Shown: positions 35,717 to 50,217, counted from the whole stretch's first letter. The stretch is DNA of 63,123 bases, filler included, from Octopus bimaculoides (GCF_001194135.2; 6 parts of 6 records of this genome joined end to end with filler, not necessarily neighbours in it); one strand, 5' to 3'. Numbers and translations: made by a program. The notes: generated from the sequence alone by a model not told the origin.

Positions 35717-38184
35717 TAAAATGTAAAATGTTGAACAAAAACAAAGAAAAACTACAACACTAATAGTGGCTTGTTTAGCACCATTAATTGAGTAGACTTA
35801 TGTTCTGAGTTATTCTAGTCGCGACTCTCACTTGTTTTCGCATACGTTGCCCAATGTATACTTATTTTAAGACGAAATTAAAAGAATTTGGTTGCCATTT
35901 CTAACAGGTTGAACATCATCGTAGTGCTTCACCCCTTGGCCCAGAATTTAGAGGTAGACACCATAAGATATTTCCCCAAATTCGAAATTGGGACGAAATT
36001 TTAGTTGCCTGTTGAAGGCGTCTGAGTTCCAATTAAAGAGAGTTCACATGACTTGCGTCACAAATTCCCTTGGAAATGACAGGAACGTCGTAACTTATTT
36101 TTATTATTTCTATCTTCTCGAAAATTAAATTACAGCACTAAAAGAAACAACAATTTAGAATTTAGAAGCCATTAGTCTATTGTTATAAACCTACACAGCT
36201 TACAAAGAATTCCTTTTCGCTTTGATTATCGTCTTTCATAAAACGTTATTGTAAATACGGATATACATGACATTAAACAGACTCTCGGATGCACAATGAA
36301 ATCAGTAAAGATATTAATATTGATTTCTTCTTATATAGTCACAAATTAGAGTGCGAGGAAGTTCAACTATTTATTCAGCACTTGTACATGACTGGTACTT
36401 ATTTTGATCGATCCTTGTTGGACATAGATAAACTGGGAACGTGAGGACACGGAGAAACGTAAAGAGCGCTTTCAACTATTTCTGCTTATTTCAGCACCTT
36501 AATGTAAATTAAAATAGAATTATCCTACACCGGCATAAAGTTCTGTTTTTATAGCATAAGAATATAAAGCTTGACTGAAGTAACACTAAATACATACTTA
36601 TTAATTTAAACGGTTGGCCATTGTAAAATGAACTGGTAACACAATGCCAACAGAATTCGAACTTAAAATATAAAGGGACGAAATGAAATACTGTCAGGTA
36701 TTCACTCTGAACTTCAATCATTTCTGCTTACTTCACCACCAGCCTTACGTGTGAATTAATATTGGTTTCAACTTTTGTCACAAGGCCAGCAGGTTCGAGG
36801 CAAGGGATAGATCGATTAGATCGAACCTCCAGTGTTCAACAAGTACTTATTTTATCGAGCCTGAATGGATGAAAGGCAAAGTTAATTCCAACGGTATTTG
36901 AACTCAGAACGTAAAGACGGTTGAAATGCCGCTAAGCATTTTGTCCGGCGTGTTAACGATTCTGCCAACTTGCCGCCTTATATGTAAATTTGTAAACAGG
37001 TGTGTATGTTTAAGTGTGTCTGAGGTTGTGGCCATGGGGTTGTTTTTTAGGGGATTATAAACGAAGACAGGTAGGCAGTAACATGTTGGGTCACTGGATG
37101 TGTCACATGTAAATTAATGTTGATTTCCATATACGAGTAAGTATCAATGATAGAAGTGGTAGCGTTACTTGTGCAGTCTGATTTCAAATATCTCCCTCAA
37201 ATTACATTCGACCCTTCTTTAAAAAAATGCATATTGTCAGAATAAAAAAGATAGGATAATCATAGCCAAAATATCCTATTGTGTATGATTAAAAGTTCGC
37301 TTATCACTTAAAAAATCTCATAGTCACGACTGAGAAATTGTTGATCATAAATTTGTTCAATCATAGCTGACATGACTTATCAATGGCAATTTTATTTTCA
37401 AAAAAAGAGGGATGTATCTTAGTATTCAGTCTTTTTGCTAAGAAATAGAAATTAAATCTTCCCCATGTTTACAATCTACTATTTTAAAAGTGGGAAGGCA
37501 AATTGGATAATACAATGATAGATACATTATACCTGAAAAATATATTCTGGATGATCATGGTTGGGACGCCTTTGATCATAAATCTTCTCAGTCAGAGCTC
37601 ATATGGTACTAAATAACTTGATTGGTCAAACGAAATAAATACACACTCAAAATAGATATCAACCCTGTATTCTCCCAAGTATCTGAAAACCGAAATCAAA
37701 AACAAAAGTCATTTTTACTTCTATGACTTTTTCGTGATAGGGAAATAAGAAAAAATATTTGTATCACATTACATAACCAAATCATGTGAATGCAGAAACG
37801 TCTCCTTAACAACAAATATATTTAATTATATATTTTGTTAATGAAAGCTACTTGTAAGTGCTCGTTGCAAATATGATACAGAGATGTGGTTCTCCTCCGT
37901 TCGTATCTCAGCGTTCCCTTCACCGAATACCGATTTACAAACACCTCTATTCATATTTTGCAAAGCAACTACAACTATAACACGAAAAAAAAAAACAGCA
38001 GATTATTGCAATCAAACGATTAATTTTGGTTCATTCAGTGGAACGACAAGGTGGACGACAATGAAGGGTAGGTGTCAAGCGTCTTAAAAATTCGTCTTGT
38101 TTGCAATTCAAAGCTATTCAGTGTCAGATCACAGCACTAAAATTGTCTTTAACCTAGGTTGCTGCCTTGCTACGCCGCTGGGTT

Positions 38185-40359
38185 TATTACCTCAGCCTTA
38201 GCAAAGGCGGAGGTATTGTTTTTAGTCATGTTTGTTTATTTGTCCGTGGGCAAGACAACTCAAGAACCACTGGATGGATTCGGATGAAACTTTCAGGGAT
38301 GCTTGGCCTCGTGACTGGCACAAACTGATTGGAATTGATTCAGTACCAGACAAGGATTCTGGATTATTTTTCCTGTTTTTGTTTTTTCACTTAATTTTTG
38401 AGAGCGATCCAGTTAATTTTTAGTATTCTCGTTTGTGAGAGCAGTCGACTTTATTTCAGATATTCTCATTTTAAAAATCATCGCTATCTAATCGTTGAGA
38501 AAACGTTGGTGTTTCCTTGGCGGATGTTTGCTACAGGCAGTTTGAATTGTTTTTTGTCGTGTTAGACGTGGGTCATAGTGTTAAATATTTGTTTGATTGA
38601 TTGTTGCTGGTGCTGTTTTGAGTTGTTATTTTTTCCCATTGTGGGAGGGATGGAGAAGGCGCCAGAAGGTAGCCGCAGCTGTGCGGCTACGACTGGAGGG
38701 GGGGATAGACATGGAAGCGCTGGAGGTGCGAGAAGTAGGGGGTGAGCCTCGAAAGGTGAGGGAGTGCGAGGAGTTGCTGGAAGGAGACGGAAATACACCG
38801 AAGTTAGCGCCGCCTGTGGAACTAACAACCAGTGTGGTGAGGGGAACGGGATGTGTGGGACAATGAAGATAGCAGCGGGAAAAGTGGAGGTAGCGACGGT
38901 GGAGACTGTTGAAGCGTGTTTGAGGAATATAGGAGGACTGGCCACTTTTGTAACAGGAGGGAGAAGGTGCGCTGCTGTGGCGGTGCGTTTTGCATCGGAG
39001 GAGGAAGCAATTAAGCACTCCACGGAGGCAGTAGGATCGGAGGAATAGGTACTTTTGCCATCGTGCTGTGTCAAGCGTGTGGCCGGGGTGCGAGTTGGCA
39101 AGGTGCCCCCTGAGCCGAAGGAAGCATGGCTGATGACAGCCGTAATGTGTGACATGAATGGGAAGGCCAAGATGCTGAAGGCCGCAGGAACCCAAAGAGT
39201 TAACTGCTGGGGATGTGGAATGGAGTTGGTCGTTCAAGCAGAGGTGGAGGACCTAGACGGAATTGTCGGATGACGTGAGATTGAGAGTGGTGGTGGAGGG
39301 CAGGCCACCTATATGTCGTACATGTGGGGAGGAGGGCCACATGAGGGCGAGGTGCCTCCGGAAGGAGCAACAGACGGAGCAGATGGAGGGGCGGAAGAGC
39401 GCGGACCGGGTAGCGCAGGTCGAGATGAGGGAGAGAGCAACGTGTTCAAAAGAAGAAAGAGAAGTGGGAGAGTGAGCTCTCCGTCAGAACAGCAGAAAAA
39501 GAAGAAGGAAGAGATGGAAAAGGAGGAGATCAGAAGGAAGGTAGACGAAATGGTGGTGGATAAAATAAGCGAAAAGGAATTTGAAGTGTTCAAGGAGGAG
39601 TTGCATAAGGAAGAGACGTTGGTGAAGACACCGGTTATTCCAGTGGAGGAAGAAAATTTAGAAACGCAATTGGAGAGACTGTTCAGAGTGGTGGAAGAAA
39701 AGAAGAAGGTACTAGGAGCGGAGCAGGAAAAGAGAAAACAATTAAGAAAAGGAAAATTTCGATGGAATTTTGTGACGTTCGCAAAAAGCAAAGTAACTGA
39801 AAAGAAAGTATTAAAGGTTAAACATATTGTAAGAGTAAAGTTACCCACGGATGTGTATTCCGAGAGTGTGAAGGCCATAGTGGTTGGTAAGGACACCTAC
39901 AGCAGACTAAAAGACATGTGTGGAGAATGGATTGACCCGCCAGGAGTGTTGGTGAAGTTCGATGAATTACCACCAGTAGTGGAGCTGAAAGATTTAGAAC
40001 CTTTCATGAGATATTAAGAAGGAAAAAAAGTAAGTAAAATTGTTTTATTGAAGAAAGAGGGAAAAAATAAAATTGTTTCATTTTGAAAAAGAGGAAAAAA
40101 CGAGATTAAGAAAAAAGCAATAAGATAATAGAACGATTGCAAATAGTTTATATAAACGTTCAAATGATATTGCATGGGAGTGGGGCCCATGCAGCCATTT
40201 CATTTCTCATTTTTATATAGCATCTCATTTTCATTCGTTTTATGTTTTTGTTCTCTCTGTGGTTTTGTGTCTGTCTTTGTAGTGTCCCCTCTGTGTTGTG
40301 ACCGTAGTGCCAAAATAAAGGAACATTGGCGGAGGTTTGCGCTCTCTGAGTGCTCTTGT
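38185..40359 (+). mobile_element. Helentron-type non-autonomous element (HINE/DINE-1-like) enclosing a LINE ORF1 relic
   Basis: 5' TATTACCTCAGCCTTAGCAAAGGCGGAGGT palindrome followed by the typical GTTTGTTTATTTGTCCGT...GGATGGATTCGGATGAAACTT segment. 3' GGCGGAGGT subterminal repeat (40328-40336) plus hairpin GCGCTCTCTGAGTGC and a T-rich end. Confidence 0.7.
38650..40017 (+). pseudogene. L1/Tx1-type ORF1 (gag-like, CCHC zinc knuckle), disrupted
   Basis: RVAGVRVGKVPPE...WL, then RVVVEGRPPICRTCGEEGHMRARC (CX2CX4HX4C), then an E/K-rich coiled region to LEPFMRY*. One in-frame stop at 39046-39048 and at least two frameshifts. Confidence 0.75.
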
Positions 40360-41211
40360 TATGCATGTTTTCTTATACTGCTCTATCCAGCATATAACGC
40401 TTTTTGGGTATTTGAAAGAACAAGTGCTCCCTATGTTAAATCTTTATGCAGACTTCTAAATAAGTTTAAGACTTAGAAAACGAAACTATGTCAGACAGTG
40501 GCAGGTCACTGATAACACAAAGTCTAGTTCATAATTTAATCCCAACAATGATTTAAATAACAATGTGTTTAAAATATAAGTATTATAGCTGGTTTTAAAT
40601 ATATTTTCAAGAAAATACCAGGACCTCTTAAAACAGCCAGTTCTCCATCACAGTAGCGCCCCTCAACTAGGTGAAATTGTACCAGTTAAGAACCGACTTA
40701 CAGAAGCGATAGATTCTTTTCTACTTAGACACACCCGTCAAATACAATTCCAGTTCTCGCCCAATTGTAAGTCTTATTTAGAGTTCAAGGATAAGGTTAT
40801 ATATATATATATNNNNNNNNNNNNNNNNNNNNNNNNNNNNNNNNNNNNNNNNNNNNNNNNNNNNNNNNNNNNNNNNNNNNNNNNNNNNNNNNNNNNNNNN
40901 NNNNNNNNNNNNNNNNNNNNNNNNNNNNNNNNNNNNNNNNNNNNNNNNNNNNNNNNNNNNNNNNNNNNNNNNNNNNNNNNNNNNNNNNNNNNNNNNNNNN
41001 NNNNNNNNNNNNNNNNNNNNNNNNNNNNNNNNNNNNNNNNNNNNNNNNNNNNNNNNNNNNNNNNNNNNNNNNNNNNNNNNNNNNNNNNNNNNNNNNNNNN
41101 NNNNNNNNNNNNNNNNNNNNNNNNNNNNNNNNNNNNNNNNNNNNNNNNNNNNNNNNNNNNNNNNNNNNNNNNNNNNNNNNNNNNNNNNNNNNNNNNNNNN
41201 NNNNNNNNNNN

Positions 41212-41252
<41 letters not shown>

Positions 41253-44200
41253 TCGATCAATGGCTAAATAGATTAAAAGAGACACATGCATTTATTTTCA
41301 TATGTCCTAAGACATTTTTTCTTTTTATTTCTCTCTAATCTTTATTTGAATCTCATATCTATTTATAAAAGTATTTACCTCGCTCGTTGCACTCCCTTTT
41401 GCAATCTACCTGCCTTTATCTTGCTTGCTATCTAAGTTCAAGTCTATCTATTCTTCTCTTAAAAAATATTAAGTCTTTTGGAATTATTCAATAAGCAAAC
41501 ATTTCGATTGGCAGATAGAGAGAAGTTCTACAAACTGTACTAGAGTCAGATAGATTAAATTATCTATAATTTTACTCATGAATTTGGATCGATTAATCGA
41601 TTAGAAGTAAAATAGGATAAAGAAGACATATTTATCAATATATTGATTTGCAAATTGCTAAATTAGAAGTTTCAGTAAATATATTTGTATTGAATATAAA
41701 TTTCCATTGTCCATTATTCTCTTCTCATCGATTTCCTAGCAGAGAAATGATATAAAACTGAAGATCTACCCCCCCCCCCACACACACATTTACACATATA
41801 CAGTCTCTCACTGTTTTTGCATATCTGTATTATGAGTTTGTCTGTATTTGTACATCTGTTTATATGTACTTATATTCATACGTGTGAGGGTTCGCCTCCC
41901 CTCATCTATATATACGTATATATAAATGTATGTACTCACATACATGCACTTGTACACTCACAAACAGACATAAGCTTATAAAGAATAATACACTTTATAC
42001 AATTGTAATCACTAATTTATTTGAGATCAAAAAAGTCCAATAAAGCCATTGATGATACTCGAACACCGTATGTATCGCTTGCCAGGCGACTGCTTTAACG
42101 ATTTTACCACATTGTATTTTGCAGACGACGTGTTATAGAAGTTAAAAGTTCAGTCGATATCAAATAGACATTTACACTTAATTTGAGAAAGGAATAAGTA
42201 CTTAGTGTGGTAGAATCGGAGAAAATGTAAGTGGCTTTGTTGTTCTTTAAAGATTTTACGTTGTTGTTTTATAGACGTCAGTTAGCACTAATGAGGTTTA
42301 TCATTAAAGACGTTCTAGTTATAACAACCTCGTCGTTTTCGCAGCCATATTGTATTTAGGATTACGTTATTTAACTTGTCATTCAGTTTTCAAGACGCTT
42401 GGGTCTGAGTTGAGAGAGATTGCCTGCTATTTCTAATTACGAACCCAGAGGCAACATATAGGGTTTCTGAACGAATTCAATCACAATTTCTGATTTAGAC
42501 GCAAAGACACACATTGAGAGTGGAATTTACTTGATTATATCAACCCCAAGTATTCAGTTCCTACTTTTTTCACCGAATCCGGAAGGATGAAAAGCAAAGT
42601 AATTTTCAAAAGAATTTGAACTTAGGATCTAAAGGAACGCAACTAAATATCGTTCCATCTCTACAGTCACCCACCACACTCCTTTAATAAATGTGCACTA
42701 TTAAATAATGTTCTGTATTAAAGACCATATCCATTCATTAATTGTTTCATTACATCGGGATAAATCATAGTCTCGTCCATTTGTGGAATCCAGCTGTGTT
42801 GTTTAGTTGTTATCTCGAGGAAGTTAAACGCAATGCAGAACTAATGACTTATGAAAAAGAATGAAATGTGGGAGAGGTTAAATGTTGTTGTTTGTGAAGT
42901 TTAACCAATAAATAGGTCTGATCAAGAAGACCCATGATGAAAGACATTCTAACTATGACCAACCCATCTTTATCTGACTGCTTTTAAAATTCTACAGTAT
43001 TCAGTGAGTCTTTCATGTTTTAAACTGATAGGGAGTGATTTGAAAGTTGGCTGCTATTTCTAAAATGGCGAGAGAGTATAGTGTCTAAATATATTTCTGA
43101 CTAGAGAAGGATGGAGATGTATATTCAGTGAGGTGTAAACTGGTAACAAAAAGCACCCTGAAGTGATTCGGATACAGTCAGTTATTACGAAGTGACTGCT
43201 TATGGATGCGGCAGTTTCAGTAAAAGAATCGGAGGAAATATCTATACATGAAGATCTGGATTTAACAATAACAAGAATATGAGGACTGAAAAACAGAATT
43301 CAGTCTCTATAATGAACAACAATTATAAAGAAATATCAATAAATATTATTACTGATAAAGACCGGCAGAAAAGAAAGATTTTCAAAAGATGTGGTAATCA
43401 CATCGGTAAATACGGGAATACTACCTCCCAATCTTGGATAACCTTGATACACCAAAGATTATTAGTACATTGCCCTTGCCGGCAACCTATAGCCTCAGCT
43501 AGAACAAGTTCTTCTAGGCACACCAATTTCAGCTCTCCTACTTATCCTTCATCAAATTTACTGGAGGTCATTAACTTCCTCTCCAGCCTAAAGTTACTCC
43601 TCAATTAGTAATTGGAGAAGTTAATCAATACTTCAATTGTCCTCAAATCTTTCAGCTTTGTCCACCACTAAGTCCGTTCGTTAAAGTCATAAGACAAAAA
43701 GAAATATTACCCACTTTCTCTACTAAAGGAAGACTATGGTTCAACTCTTACGATGTAATTAGTTGATAATCGGATCAATCGCGGACGAAATAATAGTTCT
43801 TCGACAAAAACAGAGCCCTAACATGCTCACAGTGCAGTGACTAAAACAAGTTGTTGAGTAGGTCCTCCACAAACTTATATGTTCTTTTGACCCAACAAGA
43901 CCACTAAACTATGCTGGAATTGTACTAAAGGCTTCAGGATAGTTATCGAGTGCAGAAAGGCCCGTCTGCTACACAAGTAGAAGTAAAAGTCCTTTAACAA
44001 TATTTTGTCCAAAGAAGGGCGGCTGCTATCCACATGGCACCACAAGAAGCATTTCACGAAACGTCGAAAGGGATTGCTTTGTTCTCGGTGCTATAACTGA
44101 TCCGGAAGGCGAAGGATCATTTCCGTTAGTTACAACTGGCAGCGACATCTTATGCTCTTGCGACAATGAAGAGCTAAAAAGCAAGCGAGTGGAGCAGATG

Positions 44201-44396
44201 GCTGAGGTATCGAAAAAGGTATGAATAGGAGGAAAAGAGGAACTTCCTACCAAATAATCCCACCCGAAAAGAAGGCAAAAGAATTTATGAACAGGAAACT
44301 CGTCTCCTCCCATACTGCATGGAAATTCACAGTTCTTTATATAAGCAAAGAGAAGACGAAAGACATGAAAGTGTCTACACAAACATTTCAGACCAA

Positions 44397-44431
<35 letters not shown>

Positions 44432-44999
44432 GGTAATTATTATGCATTTATATACAATCTTATGTCTACGCTCTAGTTTTAAGTAATATAAAATATCCTA
44501 ATATATTCATTGTATAACGTCCTTATTATTTTGCCATATTCATTCCACACATTTTTGTAAACTTATGTTTTATTTCCATATGTCTATACAGCTTTGTGAC
44601 AAGTAACGAAATAATTCATGTTGTGTTTTCTTGTTCAGGCGGTGGTTTAGCGAAATTGTTACACCGTCGGAAAATATCTTGCAATATTTCTTTCGGCTCA
44701 GTACATTCTGATTTCAAATCCCACCTAATTAACTTTGTCTTACATCCTTCTGATAATTAAGTAACAATCAAGTAGAATGGTCAATTCAGTCGACTAACCT
44801 TCCCCATTTGAATTTGCTGTCCTTGTGCCTGAGTTTATGTGAGGGCATCTTTTATTCTCGCTAGACCGTGGCTATTTGCCTGTAAAGTTTGGCTTCGGTC
44901 TTATTGGCAGAGCACTGCGTATATAGACATCCAATCGTATGACAGTCCCGACTCTATTACTTTTCATGGTACTATCTGTCGGACTTGTCCTAATGCATT

Positions 45000-45225
45000 T
45001 TTTTAACTCCATTTTGCCTTCCTTCATCAGTAAACATCAGCCTTTCCTCTTGTCATTCAAAGTGATGCCTGATTTAATCTCTACCGTTACGGATCACCAG
45101 TAATTTATTCCCAACTTTCAAGGCTCGTGTAAAGAGACGTCATACATCACTTTCGGATATCTTTAAAACGAAGATCCCACTGGCTTTGTGTTCTCTTGCC
45201 GGAGAACCTCATACAACAGCAGCAG
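45000..45225 (-). pseudogene. Decayed RTE-clade LINE ORF2 C-terminus
   Basis: LLYEVL / GKRTQSQWDLRFKDIRK...LESWE matches the RTE pattern LLYGEL..GKR..GRP.LRFKD..K......WE. Confidence 0.55.
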
Positions 45226-45875
45226 TAGTAGCAACAGCAAAAACATTAACAGCAGCAACAAACACAACAACAACAACCACAACAACATCAGCAACAATAG
45301 AGTATGTTTACGCCATGCAAGACTTTCCTGCTAATATACTTTAGAGCATAGAGCAAATTAGTTACAACAGGGTATCATTGAAATGTCATTATAGACAGAT
45401 GGTTTACTTTGTTCGCAATTAATAAGCAAAAAAGAAAAAAAAGTGGAAAAAAATTCTTCAGAGCGGAGAATGAAATTAGTAAGAAGACTTTCAGACACAA
45501 GACGAATTTCCGCTGTATTTCATTTATATAGTTATTATTTTATGGGTAATTTATGAGTAATTATGAATGTAATAGAGATCTCATGAAATATGAAACCTTT
45601 AAGCAAACTGGCAGGATTGGTCTACTATGTTTCAACGGAGCATGCTAATTGAAATAATCAAAGGACTAATAGTTATTAGGAGACAGATTTACTCGTGTGA
45701 TTTGCTTCTGTCTCCATTGAAAATCTATATAAGAGTTAACAACTGTGTGTGTGAGAGTGCGTGTATATAACAACTCAACTATTCTGTTTTACTCTTTTTT
45801 CTTCAATCTATAAACAGTGTCAGGACACAGAAAGCAGGAAATTGATCATTGTAAAATTGTATCAGCATATGTATG

Positions 45876-45930
<55 letters not shown>

Positions 45931-46232
45931 GACTATACATGATACACTCACACACACACACACACACACAGATACACGCTCATATTTATTTATTCATTTG
46001 AATATATGCATTCGCACACACATGCGCACTCGTACATTTGCATGTGTGTCAATATAGGCATGCACACACATATGCACCAAAAGTATATTGATACTTATGA
46101 TTTTGTTAAGTCTCAATGAAAAGAACTCCCTTTTAGAAACTCAGTGCAAAGATTTATATGCATGCATGCATACATACATACACATTTATACATACATATA
46201 TGTATACATGCATACTTACATTCATACATACA

Positions 46233-46282
<50 letters not shown>

Positions 46283-46692
46283 AGCTATTGAAGCACGCAC
46301 CCACAGATATTTAAAAATGTGTCCACTACGGGATTTGAAAACTATTTCATATACGATCGCTGATATCAAGCTACTTCGTGTATATGTCCACAAAGTGCTT
46401 AATACTGTTCTTACTGAGCACCAAACCTCAGAAGCAGCTGTATAGGATTACTCGTATTCTCCACTCTCTTATTTGTGACGTTCCAGTATAAATTCTCCGG
46501 ATATTTACCTACCTATCTATGGCAAGCCATTAGGAAGGACTAATCGGATACTCGTCACTTTATTTGTACTATTGGAGTATGCACTTTCCGGGAATGTACT
46601 CCTCTATGAAGAATTACTATTAACTTTCGCTTCCCTGAGTCTCCTGTTTCTCTGCTGAGTTTCACACACGCACACACACACACACACACACA

Positions 46693-46745
<53 letters not shown>

Positions 46746-46869
46746 GAATGAAAGCAGCCATTGGTTTCATGTAGGTGTGAAGGCCCTTAACAATTATCTT
46801 AACTACGACACGGAACCTTGGTGCCCCTCTCATCGTGAATTAAATTACAATAACATTGTGTACGATGAC

Positions 46870-47190
46870 GAGTTACCTCTATTTCCAGGCCGTTTTATTT
46901 TAAAAGATTCCCCGTTTCTTTCAAAGAAACATTTTCATCTGTTGGTATTGATACATCAGTTAGAAAATATATTTTTTCTTGATGATCTCTGACAACTATG
47001 TGTTGCCTATTGACCTTAATTTCTCTATCCGTATGTATTGGCATATCGCAGATTATGGTTGCTTTCTCATTTTCTGTGACCTTTTCTGGCGTGTGCATAT
47101 ACCTTATTTTTTCTGTTGTTGTTCCATAGTGTTGGCACAGCTTCCAGTGTATATAGGTCCTCTGTGCTGGCAGAATCAGTAGCATGTCGA
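46870..47190 (-). mobile_element. R4/Dong-like LINE RLE fragment
   Basis: YIHWKLCQHYG...HTPEKVTENEKATIICDMPIHTDREIKVNRQHIVVRD...FLTDVSIPTDENVSLKE. Confidence 0.85.
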
Positions 47191-48871
47191 GCAAAATGAT
47201 TAATAATATTCCTTCCACCTGTTCTAGGTTCTGATTTCAAATTCCACCGAGGTCAAACTTTACACTCCATGTCTTCAGGGCCAATAAATTACCAGTAAAG
47301 TACTGGCCTTGGACCATGCAACGGACTGGCGCCCCGTTTTGGGGGAATGTGGTGATCACACTCATTTATATGACATGGAAACTAGGGTCACCAACCGTAT
47401 GAGTCCTAGAGCTGGAAATATAAAAAAGTATTAGGGGTAACTATTCGTAGCGATTTCTGTATTGATAGGTAAAAGAATGCCTATAGAGACAATCTCATTT
47501 TGCCTTAAAGACCATAATATTTTAGAAAAATATAAAGCGATTAACTACTAAACGTTAGTAACAATATCAATCACTTTAGCGCTTAAATACAAAAAAAAAA
47601 AAAAGCGAAAAAAATAAAGGACATTTTGCGATTGTCACTAGAGTAGGAGTGCAGCAAAACTAAGAGATTTTTTTTTTCTATTGCTGTACTGAAATTATTA
47701 TTTTTTTAGGAGCAGTATAAACACATTTTATAATGAGATCGGGAAGGCATTATGCGTTAGGATATTGGCCGAATACTTTAAAAGTAGACTCACTGCCCTC
47801 CTTCAGCAAGAAAATCTGGCATCTGTCTTCTGACTAGTATCTATGACGAAACAGGTTGTATTGCGGGTACACTTGTAGTTGTCATTTTACTCTGTGCAGA
47901 TGTAGTCATTTTAGTCATAACTACCCCATCTTTCCAAACATGATTTATCATTTTGGCATGGTTTTCCTTAAGACAGTGTTGTATAAGTAGGACACGATTG
48001 GGCTTGTGTTTCTAAAAAGTTGAGTGCTTATGTCTTTTTTCAGTAGCTCCGTATCTATATCATAATTGCTTTGCAGATTTCCGTTTAATTTGCATAACGT
48101 AGCCTTTCCTGTAAGCAAAAATAACGTACCCACAATAATTGTTATTGATTTGATTTGCACTAATCTATCACTGTGCTTTCTTTAATGTTGCTGACACTAG
48201 TGGCCATCTGCCTAAAAGGTGATCATTTAGTATGGACAAAATACTACCAATTACAACAACGATAGTATTAAACAACGGAAACAAAAATAGTAGTTGCAAC
48301 ACTGGATGTATACTTCCTGTTAACTTGAACAACGCCATATATGGCAAGTAACTTATCGACAAAAAATGTCAAATTTCAAGTTTTATATACTTTTATCTAA
48401 TATCGTATTTTTGAAAGAAATTAACCATGATTTGTATCTTAATTCATTATTTTAGAAATTAGTACCATAATAACATGAATGTTTACTGCAGCATGGAATT
48501 TTTCTTCTGGATGATGGTTCTGGTTCAATGATAATAGTTGTTCCTTACTCGTTGAGAGTTAGACAAGGAAGGAGGTAAGAAAATAAGAAAATAAGAAAAT
48601 AGGAAAAAAGAATGGTGACTAGATTAATGACTTCTGTATGACGCATGAGGGTAAATGTGTGTGTGCAGAACTGATGAGGATTAGTAGGTTGAAATAGTTG
48701 AATGACTCTTCGTTTACTGATGGCTTCGTATTACAGAAGTGTTCATTCCTTTTACTATGATGTCTGTTGCTGTCAATTTCTGTTTGCCTTTCACTTAGTA
48801 ACTGTTTTTGTTTTTGTTTGTGTGTCCCTGTCACACTACGTTCACACATATATGCATTTGTGAATATATGA

Positions 48872-48931
<60 letters not shown>

Positions 48932-48959
48932 GTCTGTGTGTCTGTCTGTCTATCGATTC

Positions 48960-49000
<41 letters not shown>

Positions 49001-49134
49001 AAGCTCTACATTTGTACTTGTCCCCTGTGTGTTCAGGCCTGTATGGCCAATAAAGAAAGTTATCTATCTATCTATTCATATACATACATACATCTGTATG
49101 TGTGTTTATATATACAATATATGAATATGTGTGC

Positions 49135-49365
49135 TTGAGCAAGACACTTTATTTCACCTTGTTCCGATTCACTGAGGTGTAGAAACGAGTTGTGACGTCA
49201 CTGGCGCCAAGCTGTATCGGCCTTTGCTTTTGCTTTGGATAATATCGGTGGCGTGGAGAGCGGAGACTGGTATGCATGAGTGACTGCTGGTCTTCCATAA
49301 ACAACCTTGCCTGGATTTTCTAGGTGCAATCCCTCGGTCATTTGTGACTGAAGGAGTTACGTATC
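49135..49365 (+). mobile_element. SINE 3' fragment with RTE-like tail
   Basis: CTTGAGCAAGACACTTTATTTCAC...GCCAAGCTGTATCGGCC...CAACCTTGCCTGGA...GGTCATTTGTGACTGAAGG. Confidence 0.6.
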
Positions 49366-49409
<44 letters not shown>

Positions 49410-50151
49410 CAAATGATATGTGAGCATATGCATATATACATACATATATGTACATACCTACATCTACATGTATATATAGATGCATATGCTGGTACAGGAC
49501 ATCAAAAAAACGTGGACAAAATATGGAACGGGAACTTAAACAAAGCACAAAAAACGAACTTTTTTTACGGACAACAGAATGTACACAGGAATTCAGACAA
49601 GCCACATATGGAACTTTTCCTTCATCAGCTGTCTCTATTCTAAACTAGGCGTTTCGAGGGTGTTTACACGTATAATCCTATATGTTTCTATACAATTTAC
49701 AATTACTAAAAGAAATAAACTCACCTCCGTTATCCCTCACCCCAATCGTGCTCTTGCAGTCCCTTCTTATGGTTTGGGCAAACTAGACAATCACTCAGAC
49801 AGTAGAAGGACGAGTCTGGGAGACCAACGTACGCTGTAGTTTGCAGTCAATAAAGGCATCTCTTAGGCTCCTGAACATTGTTTAGCTATGAAGACGTGGC
49901 TAGGGGACTTGTATTAAAACATAAACATCATTTTTCGCATTTAATTTCTGCGTAATTTAAATTCTGATAGCAAATTTTGATGGGAACGGCTTTGTATTCC
50001 GTCCTTCTGTTGTCTGTTAAACGTACTAAGAATGAGTTAGGTTGACTCGATCAAACTAACATCTACAGAATGTGGACCAGTGCTATACCACAAGAAATCA
50101 TTACGTATGTATGTTATCAATCAGTTTCATTTCTGTATTTCTTGTCAATAG

Positions 50152-50217
50152 AGAAAGAGCCGGACTCTAACATAGATTCAAGGCTCCTTCATTGGAACTT
50201 TTATCAACATCATCTAG
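50152..50217 (+). CDS. Candidate symmetric phase-1 exon (E)[21 protein letters not shown](G)
   Basis: Acceptor TTCTGTATTTCTTGTCAATAG, donor CTAG|GTATGC, 66 nt, only one open frame. The donor abuts an (ATGT)n array and may be coincidental. Confidence 0.3.

Noticed and set aside
39313-40017. 234-aa ORF as an intact host gene
   Set aside because: Its N-terminal part is the off-frame reading of the zinc-knuckle region. It is the tail of a disrupted LINE ORF1.
44026-44382. 118-aa minus ORF
   Set aside because: No domain similarity or splice support; probably within decayed TE sequence.
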